Positions 1-11,916 of a DNA stretch of 64,000 nucleotides are shown in pieces. A model generated the notes under the pieces. It did no database searches and was not told where the DNA came from. It saw only the letters and a program-made list of their open reading frames with translations. Where the stretch lies: contig OZ024756.1 of the NCBI GenBank assembly GCA_964016885.1, positions 17,546,001-17,610,000 on the forward strand, given 5' to 3'. Positions within the stretch are counted from its first letter, which is position 1. Every line of letters starts with the position of its first letter. The DNA is from Eledone cirrhosa. Its lineage: Eukaryota. A program made the position numbers and the translations under genes.

Positions 1-398
1 GATAATAAACACATTAAAAGCTACAGCAATGTGGAAGACATACATATACATAATATGAAAGAGTACTGGTGGAATGTTCCAGTAAAAACCCCAATAAAAT
101 GCAGGCATAACAGACCAGATATAATGATATGAGACAAGGGAAAGAAGTAGTGGAAGTTAGTTGCCCAGCGGATGACAATATTATGTCAAAGATTAGCGAA
201 AAGGAGAATATCTATGCAGAACTAATGAGAAATCTGCAGATACTCCACCTTGACTATACCTTCATATTTATACCTGTGATTATTGGGGCACTGGGATATG
301 CTATTAACTGCCTCAGTACAAATCTTGAGAAGCTGGGCTTCACAGGAACAGAAATAACACAACTAGTTAGGAAATTACAAGTACAATCCATTAATGGA
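1..398 (+). mobile_element. RLE-type non-LTR retrotransposon (R4/Dong-like) 3' fragment, restriction-like endonuclease domain
   Basis: Translates HNRPDIMI*D..EVSCPADDN..EKENIY..IPVIIGALG (PD..D/E-x-K RLE pattern) with an in-frame stop; near-identical inverted copy at 2077-2740. Confidence 0.85.
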
Positions 399-455
399 TT
401 ATATATATATATCAATAATATTAATAAATGGAAACTATCTTTATAAAACCATATT

Positions 456-516
456 TATTCTATTATATATATTTCAAGGGTACCAACATTTTGGTACGCC
501 CTCATCAGATAAAATA
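456..516 (-). ncRNA. Type I minimal hammerhead ribozyme
   Basis: Reverse complement: tattttat CTGATGA gggcgtacca-aaatgt-tggtaccctt GAAA tatata TA atagaata; 8-bp stem I, stem II, palindromic stem III. Confidence 0.8.
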
Positions 517-583
517 CAAAAGTTGTTTTACAGATATAGTCACATATTCAAAATTAGAATTTAACGTTTTGAGTTCTGTTTGA

Positions 584-633
<50 letters not shown>

Positions 634-722
634 ATGTGTGTGTGTGTACATATATATACGTCCCAAGGCTCTGATACCATCAACACTATAAATACAGAGC
701 TGGCATATCTAAGAACTGACTA

Positions 723-778
723 ACTGCCTGATGAGGTCATAGCCATTCAATGGCTATCATCGAAATATATATAGCAGT
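723..778 (+). ncRNA. Type I minimal hammerhead ribozyme
   Basis: actgc CTGATGA ggtcatagcca-ttcaa-tggctatcatc GAAA tatata TA gcagt; intact core, all three stems. Confidence 0.88.
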
Positions 779-882
779 AAATAAAGGATTATGAGTTCAT
801 GCAATTGACTTATGTTTCGTCATTCTATATATATATATATATGTACATATGTACACATATATATGTACACTTACACACACAC

Positions 883-913
<31 letters not shown>

Positions 914-1079
914 AGAATAAACGTGCTGCGGAGTTGCAAATGGGTTACATATGAATAAAGTGGTCCTTCATCAGTGATCTTCCAACCATCATCGGTATTT
1001 CTTCGCTTTAAAGATCATATACCTCCGGTTGGTGCGAGCAACGGCTAAAGAAAGTCGTTGGGACATGTAAATAAAGGGA

Positions 1080-1540
1080 ATACACACACACACACACACA
1101 CACATATACGTGTGTGTATGCGTGTTCTCATATTTATGTGCGTGTGTGTGTGAATGAGTGCGCACGTATTCATGCGAGAGAAGAGAAAGAGGCAGAAAGG
1201 GAGAGAGAGAGAGAGAAAGAAAGAGAGAGAGAGAGAGGAATGCGTAAAGAGGAAGATAAGGATAAGGAGTAGGATTTTCTCAGTTCGAAGTATCGATTCA
1301 ATTTTGCCGTGAAAAAAAAATATGTGTGGCAGGTGGATGGGGGGGGGGGGGGGGGGGGGGGGGGGCAGGTGGGGGGGGGGGGATATTCCTGTTCCTTCTT
1401 TTCACGTTCAAACTCTGCAGTCTCATGACTCCTGTGAAGAAATCACATGCACAGGAACACGCGCACGCGCGCCTGCAGGCACGTGCACGTACGCATCTGC
1501 ACACCTGCGCACATTTGCCAGCACAGTTTCTCCGCCACCC

Positions 1541-1590
<50 letters not shown>

Positions 1591-1753
1591 GCACGCTTGT
1601 ATATGTATGTATGTATGTATGTGTGTATGTATGTATGCATGTATATATATATATGTATGTATCTATATATGCATGTATGTATTTATGCATGCATGGCTTT
1701 ATGTATGTATATGTTTGTCTGTCTGTATGTATGTACGCAGGTCTTTATGCATG

Positions 1754-1785
<32 letters not shown>

Positions 1786-1850
1786 TGTATGTATGTATGT
1801 ATGTATGTATGTCTGTCTATATATATGTATGTATGCGTTTATGTATGTAA
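1080..1850. repeat. Mixed microsatellites (CA)n, (GA)n, poly-G, (TA)n, (TATG)n
   Basis: Directly visible. Confidence 0.95.
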
Positions 1851-2076
1851 GCCTCTATGTTCTGGTTTTATAACTTCACAAATTTTTACCAATACAGAGA
1901 GAGAGTCGGTTTCTAACATAGATAGAAGACTCATTGGAATTTACACAACATCAACTATGTAGATATGTATGTGTGTGCAGGTATGGATGGTTTTGTATGT
2001 GTGGATATGTATGTTTTGAGTTGTATGTGTGCATGTGCATATGTTTTGTATCTGTACAAGTGTATATATATAGTTA

Positions 2077-2740
2077 TTAGTCGCAGAATTTTTGGAATGT
2101 TTTACACATTTTTACTGTTCCATTAATGGATTGTACTTGTAATTTCCTAACTAGTCGTGTTCTTTCTGTTTTTGTGAAGCCCAGCTTCTCAAGATTTGTA
2201 CTGAGGCAGTTAATAGCATATCCCAGTGCCCCAATAATCACAGGTATAAATCTGAAGGTATAGTCAAGGTGGAGTATCTGCAGATTTCTCATTACTTCTG
2301 CATAGATATTCTCCTTTTCGCTAATCTTTGACATAATATTGTCATCTGCTGGGCAACTAACTTCCCCTACTTCTTTCCCTTGTCCCATATCATTATATCT
2401 GGTCTGTTATGCCTGCATTTTATTGGGGTTTTTACTGGAACATTCCACCAGTACTCTTTCATAGTATGTATATGTACGTATGCCTTCCACATTGCTGTAG
2501 CTTTTAATTTGTTTATTATCGGGGCTATCTTTGCTGCGGATTGCATTATACAGTGTTTTGGCCACTACATCATGCCTCATAGGTAGATAGTACCGCAATG
2601 ACATCTTTGGACAGCTGCTTATGACATGGGTGACGTCTTCGATGTTAATTTTGCAGAGTCTTCACATGTTGTCAGATCCAGGTGTTTTGCCTGCATCCCT
2701 ATCAATTTTGCGAATCAGGTATTTTGTGTTGATTTCCAGA
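2077..2740 (-). mobile_element. RLE-type LINE (R4/Dong-like) 3' fragment with CCHC finger, RHD motif and RLE
   Basis: Minus strand reads *RLCKINIEDVTHVISSCPKMSLRYYLPMRHDVVA ... EVSCPADDN ... IPVIIGALG ... CKTFQKFCD*, with frameshifts. Confidence 0.88.
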
Positions 2741-2928
2741 TTGTCCCCTTTTAGACCATCGAACCCGTCTTGGAATCCTTGATCCCTCATCGACTCCAGG
2801 CATGTGCAATATATATATATATATATGTATTGAAATTTCCGTTGAAAACAGAAAAGGTCATAGAAGTGAAGAGTGCTCTATGTAAGTACCAGAGCAAAAT
2901 TTAATGTATAAAAATCAATACAATATAA

Positions 2929-3004
2929 TTACCTCATTACCAGAGGTTTCCCGAATGAGGCGAATACGAAAGAAACGTCTTCATTCGTTCGTCAGACGAG
3001 GCAA
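2929..3004 (-). ncRNA. Type I hammerhead ribozyme
   Basis: Reverse complement: ttgcctcgt CTGACGA acgaatga...tcattcgg GAAA cctctg GTA atgaggtaa; 9-bp stem I, GUA cleavage triplet. Confidence 0.8.
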
Positions 3005-3102
3005 TATAAAACATGGGTAAATACTTGGAAAGTCTCATCAAGAAAAGCAAAAAAAAAGCAAAAAAAAAATATATATATATATATATATAAGAATTAATTA
3101 AT

Positions 3103-3870
3103 TAATTGTTTCTACTTTAGGCACAAGGCCAGCAATTATCCAGTGCATTACTGGTACTTTATTTTATCGACCCCGTAAGGATGAAAGGCAAAGTCAACCT
3201 CGGCGGGATTTGAACTCAGATCGTAAAGGGACGTAACTATGCTGGAAAGCATGGCGTCCGACCCTCTAACGATACTGCCAATCCACTAATAATAAAACAA
3301 AGTTTCGTCTTGAAATTCTAGTTGAAGCGTGAGTGTATTAGGATTTGTAGAATAATGAGAAACTAACTGCAAAGAAAACTGCCATAACAGGATGATGTCG
3401 TCAATGACCACGTTAGGTAAAATCTTACCTCAAACGGCAGGAAGAAACCTTAAGTCCTGTCCTTTGACGTAAGATTTTACCCAATGTCGTCATTATTCTA
3501 TAATTAATTGTTTCTACTTTTGGCACAAGGCCAGCAATTACCCAGTGCATTACCGGTACTTTATTTAATCGACCCCGTGAGGATGAAAGGCAAAGTTAAC
3601 CTTGGCGGGATTTGAACTCAGAATGGCAAGGGCCGTAACTATGCTTCAAAGCATGGTGTCCAACCCTCTACCGATACTCTCTATAATTAATAATTATTTC
3701 TACTTTTGTCACAAGGCCATCAATTACCCCAGTGTATTACTGGAACTTTATTTTATCGACCCCGTAAGGATGAAAGGCAAAGTTAACCTCGGCGGGATTT
3801 GAACTCAATCCGTAAAGGGACGTAACTCTGCTGCAAAGTATGGCGTCCGACCCTCTACCGATACTGCCAA
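3103..3870 (-). mobile_element. Three copies of tRNA-derived SINE family A (Meta-like central domain)
   Basis: A box TGGCAGTATCG, B box GAGTTCAAATCC, gcctttcatccttacggggtcgataaa core, AAT tail; about 20 copies in the window. Confidence 0.85.
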
Positions 3871-3895
3871 TAATAATTATTAAGTAGATGTGGAG

Positions 3896-5727
3896 CTGGT
3901 GTGGTGTGGTGTGGTGTGGTGTGGTGTGGTGTGGTGTAGTGTGGTGTGGTGTAGTGTGGTGTAGTGTAGTGTGGTGTGGTGTAGTGTGGTGGGATGTAGT
4001 GTGGTGTGGTGTGGTGTGGTTTGGTGTGGTGTATTGTGATGTAGTGAAGTCTGGTGTGGTGTAGTGTAGTGTGGTGTGGTGTAGTGTGGTGTAGTGTGGT
4101 GTGGTGTGGTGTGGTGTAGTGTGGTGGGATGTAGTGTGGTGTGGTGTGGTGTATTGTGATGTAGTGAAGTCTGGTGTGGTGTAGTGTAGCGTGGTGTGGT
4201 GTAGTGTGGTGTAGTGTAGTGTGGTGTGGTCTAGTGTGGTGTGGTGTGGAGTGGTGTGGTGTAGTGTGATGTAGTGAAGTCTGGTGTGGTGTAGTGTGGT
4301 GGGGTGTAGTGTAGTGTAGTGTGGTGTAGTGTAGTGTAGTGTGGTGTGGTGTGGTGTGGTGTGGTGTGGTGTGGTGTGGTGTGGTGTGATGTAGTGTGGT
4401 GCGGTGTGGTTTGGTGTGGTGTAGTGTGATGTAGTGAAGTCTGGTGTGGTGTAGTGTAGTGTGGTGTGGTGTAGTGTAGTGTGGTGTGATGTAGTGTGGT
4501 GTAGTGTGGTGTGGTGTGATGTAGTGTGGTGTAGTGTGGTGTGGTGTAGTGTGATGTGGTGTAGTGTAGTGTGGTGTGGTGTGGTGTAGTGTGGTGTAGT
4601 GTGGTGTGGTCTAGTGGGGTGGGGTGTAGTGTAGTGTGGTGTGGAGTAGTGTGGTGTGGTGTAGTGGGGTGTGGTGTAGTGGGGTGTAGTGTAGTGTGGT
4701 GTGGTGTGGTGTAGTGTGGTGTGTTGTAGTGTGGTGTGGTGTAGTGTGGTGTAGTGTGGTGTAGTGTAGTGTGGTGTGGTGTAGTGTGGTGTAGTGTAGT
4801 GTGGTGTGTTGTAGTGTGGTGTGGTGTAGTGTGGTGTGGTGTGGTGTAGTGTAGTGTGGTGTAGTGTGGTGTAGTGTGATGTGGTGTAGTGGGGTGTAGT
4901 GTAGTGTAGTGTGGTGTGGTGTAGTGTAGTGTGGTGTAGTGTAGTGTGGTGTGGTGTGGTGTGGTGTGGTGTAGTGTGATGTGGTGTGGTGTGGTGTAGT
5001 GTAGTGTAGTGTGATGTGATGTGGTGTGGTGTGGTGTGGTGTGGTGTAGTGGGTGTAGTGTGGTGTAGTGTAGTGTGGTGTGGTGTGGTGTGGTGTAGTG
5101 TGGTGTGGTGTGGTGTAGTGTGGTGTGGTGTGGTGTGGTGTAGTGTAGTGTGGTGTGGTGTGGTGGGGTGTAGTGTAGTGTGGTGTACTGTGGTGTGGTG
5201 TAGTGTGGTGTAGTGTAGTGTGGTGTGGTGTAGTGTAGTGTGGTGTAGTGTAGTGTAGTGTAGTGTGGTGTGGTGCGGTGTGGTGTAGTGTGGTGTGGTG
5301 TAGTGGGGTGTAGTGTAGTGTGGTGTGGTGTAGTGTGGTGTGGTGTAGTGTGGTGTGGTGTAGTGTGGTGTGGTGTAGTGTGGTGTAGTGTGGTGTAGTG
5401 GGGTGTAGTGTGGTGTAGTGTAGTGTGGTGTAGTGTAGTGTGGTGTAGTGTGGTGTGGTGTAGTGTGGTGTAGTGTAGTGTGGTGTGGTGTGGTGTGGTG
5501 TGGTGTGGTGTGGTGTGGTGTAGTGGGGTGTAGTGTAGTGTGGTGTGGTGTAGTGTGGTGTGGTGTAGTGTGGTGTGGTGTAGTGTGGTGTGGTGTGGTG
5601 TAGTGTGGTGTAGTGTGGTGTAGTGGGGTGTAGTGTGGTGTAGTGTAGTGTGGTGTAGTGTAGTGTGGTGTAGTGTGGTGTAGTGTAGTGTGGTGTGGTG
5701 TAGTGTGGTGTGGTGTAGTGTGGTGTG
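3896..5727. repeat. Pentanucleotide satellite (GTGGT/GTAGT)n
   Basis: Directly visible, about 1.8 kb. Confidence 0.97.
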
Positions 5728-5812
5728 TCTTACAATAACAATCAGTTTACATCAATTCAGTTTGTAAGATGTTTTAATCAGACAGACAACAATAGGTTTT
5801 ATATAGTTGCTG

Positions 5813-5893
5813 ACTAGCAGAAAACCACGCGTGGGGCGGTTTTCTGCTAGTATATATATATATATTACACACACAGAAATGTATATATATTTC

Positions 5894-5924
<31 letters not shown>

Positions 5925-6347
5925 TACACACACAGAAATGTATATATATTTCTGTGTGTATATATATATATATTTCTGTGTTTGTATATATATATATATT
6001 ACACACACACAGAAATGTATATATATTTCTGTAGCACTCCTCAATTCCCCCCTCTCTCCCTCCCGCTATCCCCCTCTCGTAGTCTGTCTCTTTCTTTCAC
6101 TCTCACTCTCTCTCTACGCGTGCGCAAAAAACATTCGCACGCGCGCACGTGTTTTAGCGTCTATTCACACTCTCTCTCTCTCTCTCTCTCCCTCCCGCTA
6201 TCCCCCTCTCGTAGTCTGTCTCTTTCTTTCACTCTCACTCTCTCTCTACGCGTGCGCAAAAAACATTCGCACGCGCACACGTGTTTCCACTGTCGGACAG
6301 ACAGATAGACAAACAGAGAAATTGCTGGTTATATATTATAAGGAGAT
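5813..6347 (+). mobile_element. Helentron/DINE-1-like non-autonomous element
   Basis: 5' ACTAGCAGAAAACC..GGTTTTCTGCTAGT short inverted repeat, internal tandem duplications, (GACA)n core, AT-rich 3' end ...tatattataaggagat. Confidence 0.5.
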
Positions 6348-6424
6348 TAAGTAGAAATAGTATATATAGACATACATACATACATACATACATACATACA
6401 TGCATACATACATGCATACATACA

Positions 6425-6744
6425 TGGTGGTGGCTGCCAACTCGTTTTCGAGTACGACCACTACTTTATATCCATGTAGGAGAACCCCTACCGATGCGCT
6501 GAACGAGTGTGACTTTTTAGTCCAGCCAGCGACTTGAAAACTCTGGTACAAACACTACACTTGTGACAATTACTGACACATAGTGCTGGGCCCATGGTAC
6601 CATGGTACCATGTGACGACAAGTGCAGAGAGATCTCCAGATATAAAGCAATGCCTGTGCTGTGAAGCTTTTATAGTGAGCAAAGGCACTGCACAAAGCCA
6701 GTCCCACTCTCTTAACCAAGATGATATTTACCAAAAAGAAGAAC
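6425..6744 (-). mobile_element. RTE-derived element 3' part (C2H2 finger plus 3' UTR), 5'-truncated
   Basis: CSVCTRVFKSLAGLKSHTRSAH; near-identical to 57453-57757 in the opposite orientation; (TATG)n tail. Confidence 0.8.
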
Positions 6745-6756
6745 ATACATACATAC

Positions 6757-6824
6757 ATGATGGCTGCCCCCTCGTTATCGAGTATGGCCATTGCACAATA
6801 AAAAAAAAAAAAAAAAAAAAAAAA

Positions 6825-6876
<52 letters not shown>

Positions 6877-6956
6877 GCAATAATAATAATAACGACAACA
6901 ACAATAATAATATACATATTCATATATATATACACACACACGCACGCACACAAGCA

Positions 6957-6997
<41 letters not shown>

Positions 6998-7745
6998 GAT
7001 AGCAACTAACAGTGCTGCGATCGAATGTGGCTTTTTAGCCCAGCCAATGATCCAAAATGTCTTGCACAGAGTCGGCAACCAAAACATTTACTGGGAATAG
7101 TCGGCTGTGGTTGGAGTTCGTGTACTTTTGCATGTCGCTTGAGTCCTCCTGCTGATTTACATTCTCTACCACATGTTTGGCAAGCATGATGAGTAGCATC
7201 TCCAACAGCAGCCTGGTAGTCAACCACTGGTCTTACTTTATGACTGCGAAGATGACTTTCGAGTCCAGCTTTGCTTAGGCAGAGTCTCGCACAGACGCTG
7301 CATGTCAGAAACATAGGAGGACCCTCGCCGTCTGGAAGTGCAACAGCAATACCCTTCCTCACGTCCCGCTTTACTTTCTCGTGTGCGATTCGAGATGCCT
7401 CAAAGGCAACTTTTCCCTCATATACAGTCTTTCTCCATTTATTACGATCAGCAGCAATATTTTCCCATGTATCAGCAGAGATGTTAGCGTCTTTCAGAGA
7501 GGCCTTCAAGGAATCCTTATACCTCCTTTTTGGTTTATGTGGCGGTCGTTTTCCTTTAACCAACTCTCCATAGAAGAGTTGTTTTGGTATTCTAGAATCC
7601 TTCATCCTGGCAAGGTGACCACTCCAACGGAGTCGCTGCTTAAGCACAAGAGCTTCTATACTGTCACACATAGAGCTTTCCAAAATCTCGACATCACTGA
7701 TGTGGTCCCTCCAGCGAACGCCATGTATCCGTCTGAGACACATCT
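6757..7745 (-). mobile_element. RTE-clade LINE 3' region (post-RT domain, three C2H2 fingers, 3' UTR expanded by microsatellites)
   Basis: CLRRIHGVRWRDHI..RLRWSGHLARMKDSRIPKQLFYGEL..G.R..PKRRYKD motifs; 3' terminal hairpin ctcg-ataa-cgag at about 6771-6782. Confidence 0.92.
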
Positions 7746-7842
7746 GATGTGTCTCAGACGGATACATGGCGTTCGCTGGAGGGACCACATCAGTGATGTC
7801 GAGATTTTGGAAAGCTCTATGTGTGACAGTATAGAAGCTCTT
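7648..7842. repeat. Perfect palindrome (97-bp arms, 1-nt spacer at 7745) at the RTE 5' truncation
   Basis: ...gagacacatc-t-gatgtgtctc...; arms are reverse complements along their length. Confidence 0.95.
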
Positions 7843-8165
7843 CATACATACATACATAGACATACAGTGAGACAGGCAGACAGACGGGCTGACAAACATG
7901 CAGACATACAGACGGGCTGACAGACAGACAGGCAGACAGACAGATGGGCTGACAGAGATACAAACATTCAGACTGAAAGACAGACAGACATGCAAACAGA
8001 CAGACAGACAGATGTGCTGACAGACACTCAGCCAGACAGGTGTGTGTGTATGTGTGTGTGATGTAGTGTACAGATATCGATTTCTATAAACATTGGCAGT
8101 GAGCCAGACACATTTTACGGGAGGATACAGTCGATTAAAACTCCTAAGTATATTACTGGTACTTA

Positions 8166-8250
8166 CGAGGGTCGGCTGAAAAGTTCATAGGCTGACCAAG
8201 ATACTCTCATGGAATGACCAAACGAGGTTTCTTTTATTTTTCAAAATAGT
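8166..8250 (+). mobile_element. Mariner-like terminal fragment
   Basis: TA|CGAGGGTCGGCTGAAAAGTTCATAGG resembles mariner TIR starts. Confidence 0.55.
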
Positions 8251-8394
8251 TCATGGAATGAAACAATACAAGAAGTGTTGAAATTATTATTGCATGCAAG
8301 ATTTCACAGCTCTAGCATCACTCCTTCATAGACAGCCTGGGAATATTTATAGCATTAAAATCTGTTTCTAGTTTGTTACAGTATACAATTCAAA

Positions 8395-9115
<721 letters not shown>

Positions 9116-9307
9116 ATTTAATCCGTAAATCCCATAGGATTAAAGATTAATGTTAACTTACAAAGCACCAAGCAATGGTGAGGTGAGGGGGGGGGGGAGA
9201 TCTCGTTATGCAGGAAGGTGCTACACTCCCAGTGTCTTCTAAACTAGACACAACACACTTATATAGGTTCTATTATAGGGGAGATACAGTGGAACGTCTG
9301 GCGGCTC

Positions 9308-10262
9308 TAGTGGTGGCGGTGGTGGCGTCTTGATGGTGGCAGTGGTGGTTGTTGTGGTGCTGGTGGTAGTGGTGGTGGCTGTGCTGGTCGTGGTGGTGGT
9401 AGTGGCAGTAATGGTGGTGGTGGTAGTAGTGGTTGTTGTGGTGGTGTTGTTGGTGGTGCTGGTGGTGGTGCTGGTGGTGGTGGTGGTAGTGATGGTGGTG
9501 GTGGTGATGGTGGTGGTAGTGGTGTTAGTGGTGGTGGCTGTACTGGTCGTGGTGGTAGTGGCAGTAATGGTGGTGGTGGCTGTGGTGGTAGTAGTGGTGT
9601 CTGTGGTGGTAGTAGTGGTTGTTGTGGTGGTGTTGGTGGTGCTGCTGGTAGTGGTGGTGGTGGTGGTGGTGGTGATGGTGGTGGTAGTGGTGTTAGTGGT
9701 GGTGGCTGTACTGGTCGTGGTGGTGGTGGTAGTGGCAGTAATGGTGGTGGTGGTGGCTGTGGTGGTAGTAGTGGTTGTTGTGGTGGTGTTGGTGGTGCTG
9801 CTGGTGGTGGTGGTGGTGATGGTGGTGGTAGTGGTGTTGGTTGTGGTGGCTGTGCTGGTGGTGGTGGTGGTAGTGGCAGTAATGGTGGTGGTGGTGGTGG
9901 TGGTAGTAGTGGTTGTTGTGGTGGTGGTGCTGGTGGTAGTGATGGTGGTAGTGGTGGCAGTAATGGGGGTGGCGGCTGTGGTAGTGGCAGTAATGGTGGT
10001 GGTGGTGGCTGTGGTAGTGGCAGTAATGGTGGTGGTGGCTGTGGTAGTGGTGGTGGTGGTTGTGGCAGTAATGGTGGTGGTGGCCGTGGTAGTGGCAGTA
10101 ATGGTGGTGGTGGCTGTGGTAGTGGCAGTAATGGTGGTGGTGGCTGTGGTAGTGGTAGTGGTGGTGGCTGTGGTAGTGGCAGTAATGGTGGTGGTGGTAG
10201 TGGCAGTAATGGTAGTGGTAGTGGTGGTAGTGGTAGTGATAGTGGTGGTGGTAGTGGTGGTT
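9308..10262. repeat. Degenerate (GTG/GTA)n trinucleotide tract
   Basis: Directly visible; source of the poly-V ORF. Confidence 0.95.
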
Positions 10263-10427
10263 AGTGATGTTGGACAACTTGAGTTTATGTAGAAGTCGTT
10301 TCTTTTACGAATAACGAAGCAATTGACCGTATTGCACGATATGTAAAATACTCCCCACCCTCTCTCTCTCTCTCTCTAACATTATTTAATTATTTAGTTA
10401 TTACTCTAACATTATTTAACCAGCTTG

Positions 10428-10683
10428 ACAAGATCTGGAAGAGCAGGAAGTTCACCCTCAAAACAAAGATGAGATTCTACAACAGCAACGTGCTGTCCAC
10501 ACTCTTGTACGGAAGTGAAACATGGCACCTTAAGACCAGCCAAGAGAAGAAGTTGGAAGGCATTCGATTCCAGGTGTCTGCGAAAGATCCTGGGGATTAA
10601 ATGGAGTGACCATGTAACAAACCAGGAAGTCAGGAACCGCACCAACCAGCAGCTAGTCTCGTCTGCCATCTGCAAGCGACGCC
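10428..10683 (+). mobile_element. RTE-clade LINE internal fragment
   Basis: KIWKSRKFTLKTKMRFYNSNVLSTLLYGSETW, frameshift, then AFDSRCLRKILGIKWSDHVTNQEV. Confidence 0.88.
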
Positions 10684-10832
10684 TGCTTTCCAGCATAGTT
10701 ACGTCCCTTTACGATCTGAGTTCAAATCCCGCCGAGGTTGACTTTGCCTTTCATCCCGACGGGGGTCGATAAAATAAAGTACCAGTAATACACTGGGTAA
10801 TTGCTGGCCTTGTGCCTAAAGTAGAAACAATT
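10684..10832 (+). mobile_element. SINE family A, 5'-truncated
   Basis: B box, central domain and tail match other copies. Confidence 0.85.
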
Positions 10833-10977
10833 ATATATATATATAATATATATTATATATATATTATATATAATATATATATATATTATATATAATATAT
10901 ATATATATATATTATATATAATATATATATATATATTATATATAATATATATATATATATTATATATAATATATATA

Positions 10978-11021
<44 letters not shown>

Positions 11022-11030
11022 ATATATATA

Positions 11031-11061
<31 letters not shown>

Positions 11062-11084
11062 ATTATATATATATTATATATATA

Positions 11085-11115
<31 letters not shown>

Positions 11116-11192
11116 ATTATATATATAATATATATATATATATATTATATATATATATTATATATATAATATATATATATATATATTATATA

Positions 11193-11232
<40 letters not shown>
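10833..11232. repeat. (TA)n microsatellite
   Basis: Directly visible. Confidence 0.97.
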
Positions 11233-11236
<4 letters not shown>

Positions 11237-11393
11237 TAAAATAACAGATTAAAGTTTAAGCAAAGAATCGCTGCTTTAATAAATATTTGCTCTTCGGTTC
11301 TTATATATTTGATATATATTTTCCTTATCGAGCCCTCTCTGGATTTTAGTCTTCAATTTTATTATTATTACTATATATATATATATATATATT

Positions 11394-11493
11394 AGGAATG
11401 AGTAGGACCCCGACGGCTGAGCTCAACTACCCTAAGTATTGAGTACTTTGGTGCGTTATGGTTCACCTGGTTCCTTTCCACATTTCCTTCGTT
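11394..11493 (+). mobile_element. (TA)n-embedded short element, family P (Penelope-like terminal remnant)
   Basis: Inverted piece aggaa..gaccccgacggc plus common 3' tail ctaccctaagtattgagtact..ttccttcgtt. Confidence 0.6.
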
Positions 11494-11538
11494 ATATATA
11501 TATATTATATATATATATATATATGTGTGTGTATACAG

Positions 11539-11620
<82 letters not shown>

Positions 11621-11639
11621 GTTTATATGTATACATATA

Positions 11640-11717
11640 CAGGGTGTCGCCAAAAAATGTATACACACCTTTATTAGAATACTATTTAGGAGTGTATACG
11701 TTTTTGGGGACACCGTG
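11640..11717. mobile_element. Tiny Tc1/mariner-like MITE
   Basis: TA|CAGGGTGTCGCCAAAAAATGTATACAC ... GTGTATACGTTTTTGGGGACACCGTG|TA. Confidence 0.75.
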
Positions 11718-11728
11718 TATATATGTAA

Positions 11729-11768
<40 letters not shown>

Positions 11769-11916
11769 CATTATATACGTATATGTATATATATATACGC
11801 ATATGTATATATATATATACGCATATGTATATATATATATATACACAGACACACAGAACGTAAATATGTATGGTAGCTCTTGCCAACAGCTCCAACTGCT
11901 AAATAATTATTTGCGA

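Noticed and set aside
945-980. CTGATGA on the minus strand as a hammerhead
   Set aside because: No GAAA box or closing stem I
3896-5727. Telomeric repeat
   Set aside because: Heterogeneous GTGGT/GTAGT pentamer, not TTAGGG; interstitial
7006-7330. Host C2H2 zinc-finger gene
   Set aside because: Fingers are in frame with RTE ORF motifs and belong to the LINE C-terminus
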